Assembly: GCA_040954595.2 (NCBI GenBank)
Contig: CM082589.2
Coordinates: forward strand, 393,423-457,422
DNA: 64,000 bases
Direction: 5' to 3'
From: Balanoglossus misakiensis
Lineage: Eukaryota; Animalia; Hemichordata
Shown here: positions 12,969 through 25,019 of the stretch, piece after piece
Layout: each line of letters starts with the position of its first letter
Position numbering within the stretch: the stretch's first letter is position 1
The notes under the pieces: generated by a model
What the model was told of the DNA's origin: nothing
What the model saw: the letters and a program-made list of their open reading frames with translations, nothing else
Database searches by the model: none
Program-made: the position numbers and the translations under genes

Positions 12969-15900
12969 CTACGGGGCAACATCAAAAATGTTCAAACTAC
13001 CACCACTCCTTGATGTGGAAAATTCTCTGCTGATAATCATGTAGCCGGACCCGTTATTGGCACCACTCTGTTCGTATTTGTCACTTCCACTGTTAAAAGA
13101 TCCGCCACCCCCAGCACAGCTTCCCGTGTAGTAGTCCCCACTGCCACCACCAGAAAAGCCACCACCACCACCAGGTCCACCACCACCAGAACGAGCACCA
13201 CCACCCCCTCCGAAACCACCATTAAGATTGCTGTTACCACCCTCTCCACCATGACCGCCTTCTATCAAAGAAAACCCACCATGTTTTCCATTGTTTTCCT
13301 GCCACCCTCCACCTCTACTCAGTAAACCCCCTCCCCCACCACCTGCGTATTTATAATGAACCGAGGGCGCTCCTTGTCCATCATGGCCACCTTGAAAGCC
13401 ACGCCCACCACCGGGGTTGCCAGTGGTTGATTTTGTTCCATCACAAAGAGGGTCTCTCTTTGTTTGCCAGAAACTACCTCCGCCGCCACCAGCGATAATG
13501 ATGGGCGAGTTGTCTTCATCTGTAACAAATGTTCCGCCTCCACCCCCACTTGACAAGTTACTTTCGCCGTTTAAACCTTCTTGACCAACCAAAATACGCA
13601 ACACCGTTCCTGTAATGAGCAAAGACGAATATACATGTAAATCGTTGTGTTTGATGAGAAACATGGCCTTGAAAAATATGCAGGTGAAATGCAGTCGCAT
13701 CCTAATCATGGGTAGTTGTGCCACTGGTAAACCAAAAACAGATACTAGAACAAGGACAAAAGTGTAGTTTCAAGTATCGCCGGTATTTGACTCAATGCTG
13801 TCCTATATTTAACACCGGCCAATAATTTATTCAATGGATTTTTTTAAAGTCAAGGAAATGCCTTTCCTGTTTTAATTTACATTCTTTGGTCACGACGCAT
13901 GGTGTGGTTAATACCACAAGTGACAAGCATCCGCAGAGCCTCCCACAACTGTAAGATTGTCGGACAATTGTGACCTAATTCTATAGGGTCAAATGTTACT
14001 TGACGTCATTGAGAAAGAATTCATCTGCGCAACTCTGAGGATCAAATCAGGTATTGATGTTGGTTGAATGATGACGTCGTTACTGTCGGTGGCTATAAAA
14101 CATGGGCACATTTAACTGGTTCACACTCGCTCCAAAATCAGCCGTTTTTTTTTGTTTGCATTCTTTTCTCGTCGACATCCGCTTCGGATAACAGTGTACA
14201 TGTATAGGTGGGCAACAATCAATCTGATTGAAGACAGAGAACAGAATCCTGGGCCAAAACTATCACCAGCGCCTAACTCTACATCTGATTTTGATCAGAT
14301 TGGACAACAATGAACTTTATGCACATGTAAATGAGTTCGAGTTCGTGCGAAATGGGTTCACACCAAGTGTATGGAATCAACGTTATGAAAATGAAATATA
14401 ATGCCCCACCTTTGCTAAAATGGAATGTTCCACGTATTAATGCACCCCTGCCGCGGTATGGTTTGTAAAGTTCACCATCATAGCCACCTGCGGCACCTAT
14501 AATAAAAGAAAAACCGCAAGAATTTTAAGTGCAAGTGAGTATTCTGAAATACAATAAAACAATTTCAGGACGTATTGTAAGCACACAGTCGCTCCCTGGA
14601 GGGACCGTGGTTGGCACAAGGTCAAAAGAAGATCATACCGGAGTAAACAACCGTCAAGTGACTGACACTTTCATTATTTCACTTTTATTCGGACTGTAGG
14701 TGTCCATAGAAACATGTGGTTTCACTATTCTCATTAACAATAAAGCTTCCTTAACTGTTGTTGAGTATGAGTTCTGCCGACTGAGGAAGGAACTGGTATG
14801 TTAACCTTCATATTATTTTCGCATTACGGCGTTTCCGAAACTTTTCGGAACTTTAACCTTGGGTACGCTGAACTCATAATTGTACGCGGAAAACGTCACG
14901 TATGCAGTTCGAATTCGTACGGAAGGAAACAAAAATAGTAATTTTACTGCTATATAGTCATGCTCATTTTCGGGAAATAAAGGGTCACTTTGATGTGGAA
15001 ACTCTTAGCAAGACGGAAGGAGATGGACAACACACCGAATGAGTGGCTATCTCTTTGAAGGGTTTCCGTTTAGTATTTCCGAAGCATTCTTGCATTTTTT
15101 AATCATTGTATTAATCCATATGCCCACGGACCGTGATATGCCCTTGTATATAAACCGATGGATGACCAGACAACAACACAGACGGCTGAATTACAGTCTA
15201 CGCCACTGCTGAAACATGTGTTCATTAAACTATGCGACTCAGATCATGAATGAATAGCACGCGTGGTTTCGTTCAGCAGAGGTTCAAGCGGACTTCCTTT
15301 TATGGCAGCCGAAACACGTAATGTGGAGACATCGAGTAAATTCATTGGTTAATTGATCCGGATCAAAGGTGACTGGCTCTGCGCCAAGACCAATAGCAGA
15401 CCGACCACTGAGTCAAAGGTGAATTCTATTAACACTTTTCTGTCACGAAGACATTCCGAACTATACGTCAGCATAACTGTTCATGACGGTTACAACTGCG
15501 AGGGTCAAAAGCGTTGATAAAAATTGTGATATAGTATTAGTAGTGACGTCACTCCTGTGATACACACCCATCATAATGTACTTTATTACACGAATACTGA
15601 CCAAAGTCTACGGCGAGTCTTCTTTGTGGGAGATTTAATATCAAATTGAATCTCTCTGCGCCTCCGGTCACGATAAATCAAACTTCAAAGTGGTCCATAA
15701 TTTATTTCGATCGCCCATGTGCTGTACACCTCCATGTCGCAATCACTGTCAACAATGCCGCGTCACATGACACGTGTATTACGTGCTGAGGACCATTTGA
15801 ACAATCGCTTAGTAAATGGGTGCAGTATTGAGGTGAGCCAAATTTTGTGGGTGGATCGGAAACTTTTAAGAACGAAAGACGCAAACTGTCACCATGGCAA

Positions 15901-18601
15901 TTGTAGAAATCGCATGGGCGGTGGCTTTACATGAGGTGTATTGCGAAAGACTCCTTGTATTTCATAATAGTGGCATGTTGAATGCGTCCATTGCAACAAA
16001 TTAAAATATCGCCTTGTGATGACTTAGTTTCGCGTCTCAAGGTATTTATTGATTTAATCATGACATCCTTTATTATGTTTCAACGGTCCCTCAATCACCG
16101 GTGATCGAGAGACCGTGAAGGAATGAACACATTTAAAACTTGTCTCGGTTTGATTTCGGATCTGGTTCTCTTAGTGGACACGACTATACCCATGGCAACG
16201 ATACCATGGCAATGAGGGTGAGTTAGGGTTAGGGTTAGGAGGGTTAGGGGTGGCAATGTGAGGGTGAGTTTATCCCATACCCTAACCCTCCTAACCCTAA
16301 CCCTAAAAAACCATGGTATCGCCATGGGGTATAGTCGTGTCCACTAAGAGAACCAGATCCTTGATTTCTACAACTCGCTTCGACTGTCGAATCCGTACCA
16401 AGCACATGATGGTATGTTTGTTTATATTCTCCATGACGCACATTTTTTTTTTCAGATACTAGCTGTGTGGGTGACGATCTACCTGTATGCACAGTTGTCA
16501 CGACAAATCTCTTCAAGTGTGTACCGTTCTCCCCAGGACAATTTTCTTTGTCTATTTGACAATGTAGTGGATGAATGGTTGTATTGTACCTATGTAGTGT
16601 TTTATCAGTTGCAGCGCTATTATATCTACAGGTGTGACTATACTTAGTACCTTCTTATCTCGAGTGTATCCTTCTCAAATACGACCCACACTTTCAAGTC
16701 GGTGGACTTTACAATTTTTCACGTTGACAAATAAAGTTTTTTTTTAGAAATGAGTTTTGCCAGTTGACTTGTTGAAAGTATACCAACCTGCAACTTCTAT
16801 GACGTAATAACCTGAATATGGTATCGTCAATTCTTGGACTCCATCGTCTAAAGTCACCAAACGTTCATGGTCTTGCCCGGCGTAGTGGTTGCCTAAAGAC
16901 TCAGGTCCAAATCTTCCGTATGTGTTCAGTGTTGTAAACCGAGCTGCAATTAAGATAACTACCTTTGTAATTATTGCTTTAATAAAATATTCAATATACA
17001 TAGTCATAGAAAGTTATCGCGTCTTAAATTATTTCTAGAAAGTTTTAGGAAAAATGGCCGGGGTAATTAGTTACATGTCCATGTTTGTTTGGTTCCAGTA
17101 TTCTCCAATTATTCTGGCATATCCTTTCTCATAAGTCTAATTGCATCAATTTAGAATAATAGAGATTAATACACACACTGGCATATACCTGAATGATTTA
17201 TGAGGATGAAAACATGACACATTTTATTCAAATATACAGGATATTGAAGATAATTTCAGCAATTGTAACGGGAATTCCAATTTTAAACTGCAATTTACAA
17301 AGATTTTACCCTTCCGGCCAATTTAGACCTAATCACACTTAGTATATCCCTGTTCATATTTCATTCAGTGGTTCGTTTAATTACTGTTGTTGAGTTTGTC
17401 GAGTTAGTAACTCCAATAATATCGTGCAGTTATAGATCTAAATTTTATTGCTTGCATTCCTCCGCGTGTCGACATCACTGCTGTTTTCACTCGCGCTGAG
17501 ACACGTTTCCGCACTTCCGCTGCGATGTGGCATTCCGACCATTCAGAGAAGCAGTGGTTACTCCCACAAGCCACTGCGAATGGAACGCATCCCTGCAGGT
17601 GACGTAAAGAGGTTCGAAACACGATGGATTTTCACATCGTTGAAATTTCAGTGTCTTTGCCAACCAGTTTATGATTATTAGTCTGACAAACTGTACAATC
17701 GGACAATGGTATTTCAGGTCACGATCATCGAATGTTTTAGCAAAAGTACAGACATATGTTGTTGTTTTTTTCTCCAAATTACAGTCGCTACACAAAGAGT
17801 GACTATCCAAATCATCGGGCCAACCCAAACAGCTGATTCAATCCCCCATTTCTGGAAACTTAAATGCGAATCCGTCAAGTTCATTGCGTCGGAAGGCAAA
17901 GGAAACATGTCACAGGAATGTCAACATTGACACGACCTTGTTAAGGTATAGATAGCCTTGAAGTATGATGTGTAAACGGGTGAAGAAAAAAACATAAATG
18001 CAACTACGTGGCCGAGTTATTTCAAAACATCCTGACCGATGCACAATATACGCGGAATGACCGAGAATAAAACTACCTGAATTTCATATACATTCAAATA
18101 ATTCCAATCAAGCTGTGCGACCTTACAACTTTCGCCTTTTACATTTTTGTCAAAATTACCAAATATTTCATTTCACTGCAATTTTCTCGCGTTGCTTTGA
18201 TGGGGTTATATAGATTACCACAATTCCAAATAATTTCTATGAAAAAGAAACATCTTAAGATATTTAATTACATGTGTACACAAAAGCATGATATTAGTAC
18301 ATGTACGTACCCATATTACAGTGTAACTATTGGTTAAACGTATCAAGATATACACATATATATGCTTACAATATCCATTTGTAAATTAATACACGAAGAT
18401 GAACGAAGTTCCATACTTTGTAAACCACTTGCAAATCTTACCTGTGAAACCTGCTGAACGAGTAGCGCACTGGCGCAGAGCGTCGACTTCAGCTCGACAA
18501 GTACTATACACATCGTCTTCGGAAAGTTCATCAGAAATGGAATATTGCAGTTCAATAAGGAAAGTCAACACCAGAAAAGTAACTGCTCTGAATCGATCCA
18601 T
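12969..18601 (-). CDS. Secreted ALK/LTK-like glycine-rich (TNF-like + polyglycine) domain protein without TM or kinase domain, 4 exons, ~347 aa
   Basis: Exons 18442-18601 (MDRFRAVTFLVLTFLIELQYSIS signal-like), 16788-16943, 14410-14496 and 12969-13609 all join in phase 1 (1044 nt). Motifs FTT..GRFGP, GVQ..IPYSGYYVIEVAGAAGG, GRGALIRGTFHF, LRILVGQEG, GGGGGTFV, PIIIAGGGGG, GGFGGGGG and GGGGSFN parallel the ALK/LTK ligand-binding region. Minus-strand AATAAA at ~12494. Assignment of the first exon is inferred. Confidence 0.8.
16158..16360. mobile_element. 203-bp MITE with ~40-bp TIRs, 8-bp TSD (TTGATTTC) and internal telomere-like TTAGGG/CCCTAA repeats
   Basis: GGATCTGGTTCTCTTAGTGGACACGACTATACC ... 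GGTATAGTCGTGTCCACTAAGAGAACCAGATCC. TTGATTTC occurs at 16150-16157 and 16361-16368. Confidence 0.92.
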
Positions 18602-19921
18602 CGCGGAATATACAGGACTGGTAGATGTGCTTCTGAGTGTCTGTACGCGTATCAACTGCCGATTTGTCTGAGAGTCAAGTGATTCTGCGGCCCTTTAAAT
18701 GGATCCCGCCTCACCACGCCCACGCAGCGCATAGGTGAATGAATATGGTACAAGACAGGCCACATTCCTTTGTGTTCGTAAGGCGACACCACACAACATC
18801 AAGAGATAATCACGTGTTAAGTGGACCCCCGGAAATGATATCAATGATGAGTAATAATGATGACGTATGTCACAGTTGAGTATCACAACCAATCAAACAC
18901 TACTATAGTTGGTTCGGTTTTTAAACAGACTCATTTACGAGGAAATTAGATGTCGAATTTTGGAGTTTTCGGGAAGGGTCACACCGGAAGGCGTTCCATA
19001 AAATTCGGGAGTTGTTTGATTATTATACCGGGAAAGTATCGGGGATATGCGGAATTCCTGTTCGGACTAACGTGCAAAAGAGAAAATAATCTCATTCAAG
19101 AGGACTCATCGAAAGTCATTATAGGAAGTTGAAAATACCGCTTTAGTGTCAGCGATCACTGACCCTACATGTCCAGTATAATAAAAAAATATCGTCACAA
19201 CAACGTGACTTTGTGATTTATAATTACCCCGATCACGCTCAAGTTTGTAATGTTTAGTCCATCACGAATTCCGTCGTCACATTATTCACAGAAAAAAAAA
19301 ACCTGTTCTATTCTGTTTTTTGTTGCGTTAGTTTAGCTTGACTTAATTGTCATGACAATGTACATAGATACGTCCTTGTAACAATTGATTTATTTCTTGC
19401 CATTCTAGGGTTCATGGTTTCTTTCGGGCACACATTTTCGAATCTAGCTTTGCAAAATACGCCCTGGTGTTTAGATTAATATGCCTGGCAACAAGACGAC
19501 TTACAAAACGTCAGACACAGGCCTATCCGCCGATTTATCAAAAGATGGGATTTAAAATTCATAGTGGCTTAAAGTGTGCGTTTAATTCCAGGCTTTATTT
19601 TCATGATAAGACGTGATAAACGTGTTTTGTACTGGTACGAATTCCTGAAAGCTTCAATGACGAATCTGAGGATATGAATTTACATGAATATTCCATTAAA
19701 ATGATGTTATGGGAATATTGACACGATATTATACGATGCTGGTAACTCGTCAGACGCAACCACGAAAGTTATTTGAAATTACTTAGCTTCCACCCAAAAC
19801 TATGAATTCAGTGAATTCGGTGTTTTATGAATTGGGTGCGTCTCCATCTTTGGGAATAAAGCGGTGTTATGGGAAAGTGTGAGAAACATACTTTGCACTA
19901 TTCATAGTTACTCGTCAATCT

Positions 19922-20022
19922 AAGAGAGGGAGAGACTGGGAGTGAGGGAGAGAGAGAAAGAGGGAGAGGGAGGAGTGGAAAGGGAGAGAGGGGGAGAGGA
20001 GAGAGGGGGAGAGAGAGAGAGG
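19922..20022. repeat. Imperfect purine-rich (GA)n/GGGAGA tract
   Basis: About 100 bp of almost pure A/G. Confidence 0.9.
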
Positions 20023-21705
20023 CAATCAGTCAGACAGACTGTTATTCAGTTGGCGACTTAGCGAATGGGATGTTCTTACGACCACAATTGGTGATTCCGG
20101 CAGCGAAAAAAACATCGTTCTCGGTTTTGTCATCGCCGATTGTACGCAAATTCGTTGACAGGAAATGAACTCGTCGTCGTGTGGGCATACCAAATGGTAC
20201 CCTATTTTCTTTTCTTTCAAATCATCAGAAAACAAGTTTCAGTCGACGTCGTTCGTTTACAGTTATTAATAGTATTCAACAAAGGGGAGGAAATTCGGTA
20301 GGCGATGTTATATATATATATCTTATATGCTTCCTGGCGCAGGGGCCTTTTTCGATAACAGTGACTTCAGATTTCTTCACGCATCGCAACTAATTCATTC
20401 TTTACCTTCATGAAGGTATAAAGCTTTTTAAACAAGTCACGGATTTGTAATGAAAGCAAACGATGATCAACAATGATTAGTTCCACGTTGGGTCGACGGA
20501 GTTCAGATCAACTGACTGATTACAAAGTGATTATTCGACCGGATCGTCACTTGATGATTTTTAAGTTTCGCCAACTTATGCTCGACTGACACGCTTATGA
20601 AGTCTTGTCACGTGATTAGTCGAAAATAGTTTTCACACGCCGACGGCAAACAGGGATCTATTCATTCACAAATCTTAGTCATCAGCAACCCATCAGACCG
20701 TAGATACGAAACAAGGTTATCGGACAAATCACGGATGGCAACCCTCCAGATTGCGTGGTTGCTAACATGCATCGATGGATCTTGAGGTTTCCAAGATAAA
20801 TCACTAATAGTAACACGAGAAATCTAACATCGTGGGAAAGAATTGGTTTGTGTTGTTAAAATCTGACAAGGCAACGCAATGTAATCGATCCTTGTATTGT
20901 TCCATGCACAATCTCAGAGAAACCGCGTGTTTCAGGTATGTGGATCGCTGGCCGTAGAGTAGAGATCCATCCAAACACGACTACTGTCACTAGAGGGCGC
21001 ATTTGATGGAGCCACGGCCGCCGTCGCGGAGGGGCGGTCAAGTTCAATATTTAATTGTATGCAATGTTACGTAAACTGGTTGCATACTCCCAATGTGCGG
21101 GACAGTTTTAATTTCTGCATTGTCATTTCTGTGGAGAGAACCCTTCTAGTCAGTTACTGACTCTACGCTGAAGTATTTTGGAACCTGTGGCACTAGAACC
21201 GGACTTGAAATTAAAACCGCAAGGTACGAAAAGCGTCTTACGTATTACTAGTTAGTATTTAAGTTCATCGTTCGTTTTTAACAACATCACAGAGCGCCTA
21301 TTTGGCACAATCGCTTGTTTAATACGTAAGTAAATAAGTAATTACGCCTGGTCGGCTGTACGTCATGACGTATTTTGTCTCCCTCTGATGGGTCATACTA
21401 CTTCATACCATGGAGTAACCAAAGTGTGGTGTCTCCATGTTCATTCTGTTTGTGACTTGATTATTACAATAGAGCTACCTGACCACAGTGGGGTCTGTGG
21501 ACTGCCTCCATGGTAGCTGCAGTTCAGTAGCTCGAGGTATTGCATTGGTTGTTGGTTTGTGTGTTAGATGGCAAGGCAAAACCTGGTTTATACGTACGTC
21601 TATGATCTAACCAACACTACAAGATGGTACATATATTAACCACCAGGATAATTTACAATGCATTGACAACCATTGATATTATAATTCATTTGTTGCAGGA
21701 CCAGT

Positions 21706-23681
21706 ATGTCGAAATCAAACAATGGAGAGAATTATGTCACAGTTGAACAATGGGATGATGGCTGGGCGAATGACAGAACTGGCTTCCACAAGTCACAGGT
21801 CCATCAGTAAGCCACAGCTTAGAATCTTTGATTTTGTCAGCAACATTTTTATCAGCAGTACTTATGCAATTAAAATGTCCTCAAAGTATTTCAATGATTT
21901 GTCACTAATATCTAAAGGGAGTGACTTCAGTATTATCATGATTTGCATGGTTTACACCTTGTTGTTGACCAATCAGAGGCAAGTGAACCAAGACTGCTTC
22001 ACATCTTACCTTATCAATCTGTGTCTTTACAGCACCATAAAGAAGTACTTCAGTAAATTGGTCGATGGACGTAGTGATCTAAACATCTTCATACCTCTTT
22101 GTGGGAAGTCTGTGGATATGAAATGGTAATGTTGTATTTATAGAGTCATTGACTATCAAAAGTTTGGGTGACATATTTGATTATCAGTGTCAATCATTGC
22201 AAAACTAACAATGTTTCATTTTTATTTGTGTCTTAATCTTAGGATAGCAGATGAGGGTCATAGGGTTGTTGGCGTGGAGTTCTCAGAACTTGCATGCAAG
22301 TCATTCTTTTCAGAACAGAAAGTGGAATACATAACAACTCCTATGGAAGATGTACCAAATGGAAAGGTTCACATTGTAAGTCCTGAGTGAATTGTTTCAC
22401 CTAGACAAACTTGTAGTCAAAGGTGTGAATCTTTAGGTCTCAGATATTTGTCAAATTGTAAAAGTGAATTGTTACCCCCATATGAAAGTGGATTGACCCT
22501 TGGACTATTTTTATGCAACCTTGGTGATCAAAAATCATGGCACACCAAAGTTTCAATATAGGGAACTGGTGGGTATTATTACTAATTTTATTTCTCAATT
22601 TTTTCAGAGCAAAGATGGAAAAATCAAGCTGTTTCAGTGTGACTTTTATTTATTCACTGAGTAAGTTTCATTCCAGAATTTTGTCTAATTTTAATATTTT
22701 TTATTATACAGTTTATTCTTATTTTGTGTTCCCTTATACCTCATTCTAAATCCTTTTCTTTCCTATAACAGAGAGCATGCTGGGAGATTTGACATCATCT
22801 GGGATAGAGCCTCTCTTGTTGCTGTCAATATTTCTGATCGAACAAAGTGAGTGCAGCCTTGTATCATTGTTAACATTTCTACAATCAAGCTTTACCATGG
22901 AAATGAAACTTTTTTGTCAGATGAAATCAGGGGAATAATTATTTTACTGGCTCCATTGTTACGATGCACCTAAAATGATGGGAACCCTTATACAGTGCCC
23001 TCTGTTGGCATATTGCTATATTATTGTGGGCTCATACCGGAGAGATTAGACAACACAGGACATGTGTGGAACAAACTAGACAGCCATGCTGCTTCAACTG
23101 CACATGCTCACATGTTCAGCCTCGTACACAGCAACTATGTACATAGCAGTTAATAGCAACTCTTATATGTTCCTATTTGTTGACAGGTATGCAAATAAAT
23201 TGCATTCTCTATTAAAACCAAATGGAGCCTATCTTCTGAACACATTTGATTATCAGGAAGGTTCAATGAGAGGTACGGTATAAAACAGCATCTTCCTCAT
23301 TTGCCATTTTGTATTTTAATTTTTAAGTCGCATTGTTCTAACCTTGCATGTAATAAAAACAGAGTAGAGTTGAATGACTTTTCTGTTGATTTCTTGCAGG
23401 TCCTCCACACTCGGTTCCTTTAAATATTGTGAAAAATCTTTATGGTAAGACCTAGCATTTTTTAGGAGTTGATTGGTTTCTAATTAGGACTGTATGTGCA
23501 GAGCCCAATATTGTGCCTCTCAATTTGATGAACATAATCAACGTTCTAATGTAATATTTAATTTTCTGTTCCAGAAAAGTTCTTCACTATTGAATTATTG
23601 GAAGACAATGACATATCAGCCAACTGGCCAAGTTCAATAGAATACTTCCATGAAATAGTGACTTTGTTGACATTAAAATAA
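21706..23681 (+). CDS. TPMT: Thiopurine S-methyltransferase, 8 coding exons
   Basis: Spliced translation MSKSNNGENYVTVEQWDDGWANDRTGFHKSQVH / [36 protein letters not shown] / FQCDFY / FDIIWDRASLVAV / YLLNTFDY...GPPHSV / ...TLLTLK*. Exons approx. 21706-21806, 22033-22125, 22243-22375, 22607-22660, 22772-22846, 23187-23272, 23400-23444, 23574-23681. Confidence 0.94.
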
Positions 23682-24223
23682 GACCTGCATCTGTTTGACC
23701 ACCAACTGTCATTACACATTGATTTTTGTGGTGGTATTTTCATTTGTACACTTTTAATATCATGAGCAGTGTTCAGTACGTGTATCTGTATTTTATGAAT
23801 TTCAATAGAGTTGTTTCAAAATAAACAATTGGATTCTACTTTGAGAATGTTTTGTATACTTTTTACCCGTTTTTAAATTATTATTTTTCAACACATTCAT
23901 GGGGATCCTCTGACCTTAATTATTTTTAATGACCACTATAATTTTTCAAACGAACATTGTTCTGCAATGAGGTTCTACTAATAGGTGGGAATACTTGTAA
24001 CTGACACTATAGTGACAGAAAGGTTTAATCAGCTGGCCTCCATCCAAGATGAGTATGTGATTGGGGAGTTTGTATGAATTTTAGATGCCAGTCACAAAGT
24101 TTTTGATTATTATGCTATAGCAGTGTCTATAAAAGCGAGAAAAAAATCAATGGGATCCGGAGTTAGCGCTAAATCATCCGTGACAGGGCAGTGAGCTTAT
24201 AGTTACCATATGCATATATTCCA

Positions 24224-24619
24224 ACGAGCGTGAAGTTGGCCTCATCCTCATCCTCATCCTCAGCTTCGCCAGCCTCATCCTCATCCTCATCCTCATCCTC
24301 ATCCTCAGCTTCGTGACCTCAGACTCAGCTTCGTGACCTCAGGAAGATTTCAAAATTATCGTGAATTTCGTATATCTGATGTGATCTAAAAGAAGCGAAA
24401 GCGATATAGGTAAAATAATTTACATGGGATAGTCTAAATAATTGATTGAATTTCTTCTTTTGACTCCATTTGTTCTTTTTACCGATCGTTTGGATAATTT
24501 TCATGTTTACTTCCTGGGGTCACGAAGCTGAGGCTGGGTCACGAAGCTGAGGATGAGGATGAGGATGAGGATGAGGCTGGCGAAGCTGAGGATGAGGATG
24601 AGGCCAACTTCACGCTCGT
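24224..24619. mobile_element. MITE with ~120-bp TIRs built from (CCTCAT)n repeats and a 9-bp TSD (TATATTCCA), Mutator-like
   Basis: ACGAGCGTGAAGTTGGCCTCATCC ... GGATGAGGCCAACTTCACGCTCGT. TATATTCCA occurs at 24215-24223 and 24620-24628. Confidence 0.92.
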
Positions 24620-24644
24620 TATATTCCATGACCTACACAAGAAG

Positions 24645-25019
24645 TAGTCTGGTTCCCTGCCCCAATCCCACCGCTGGCTGCGCTACGCTAAAGGGAAAGG
24701 GTCAGGCACGGCCTATTGTAAACATGGCTCTCATTGGTCAATACATACGAAAATTAAGTTGTTAAATTGATAAGTTGTTGTAAGATACTCATTTCCCGTT
24801 CTCTCCTTCACCTCCATGAATGTTTATCATTCGATTTCCAACTTTACAACAAACGAAACAAAATAAACTGCCTGGATGAATCTTGACTGGCATACGGACA
24901 TTGGAGGCATCCATCTTGTTTCACACCCAGGTTTCTGGGTGTGAAATCGGGCCGTACCTGACCCCTTTCCCTTTAGCGTAGCGCAGCCAGCGGTGGGATT
25001 GGGGCAGGGAACCAGACTA
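24645..25019. mobile_element. MITE with TAG...CTA termini, ~69-bp TIRs and a 9-bp TSD (CACAAGAAG)
   Basis: TAGTCTGGTTCCCTGCCCCAATCCCACCGCTGGCTGCGCTACGCTAAAGGGAAAGGG ... reverse complement ending GGGAACCAGACTA. CACAAGAAG occurs at 24636-24644 and 25020-25028. Internal perfect hairpin TTTCACACCCAG-GTTT-CTGGGTGTGAAA. Confidence 0.92.

Noticed and set aside
12969-13724. Bacterial PE-PGRS-like gene or horizontal transfer
   Set aside because: The gene has spliceosomal introns and ordered ALK/LTK-type motifs. The similarity to PE-PGRS is low-complexity glycine content.
16218-16306. Telomere-telomere fusion site
   Set aside because: The repeats are short, degenerate and enclosed by TIRs with an 8-bp TSD, so transposition explains them.
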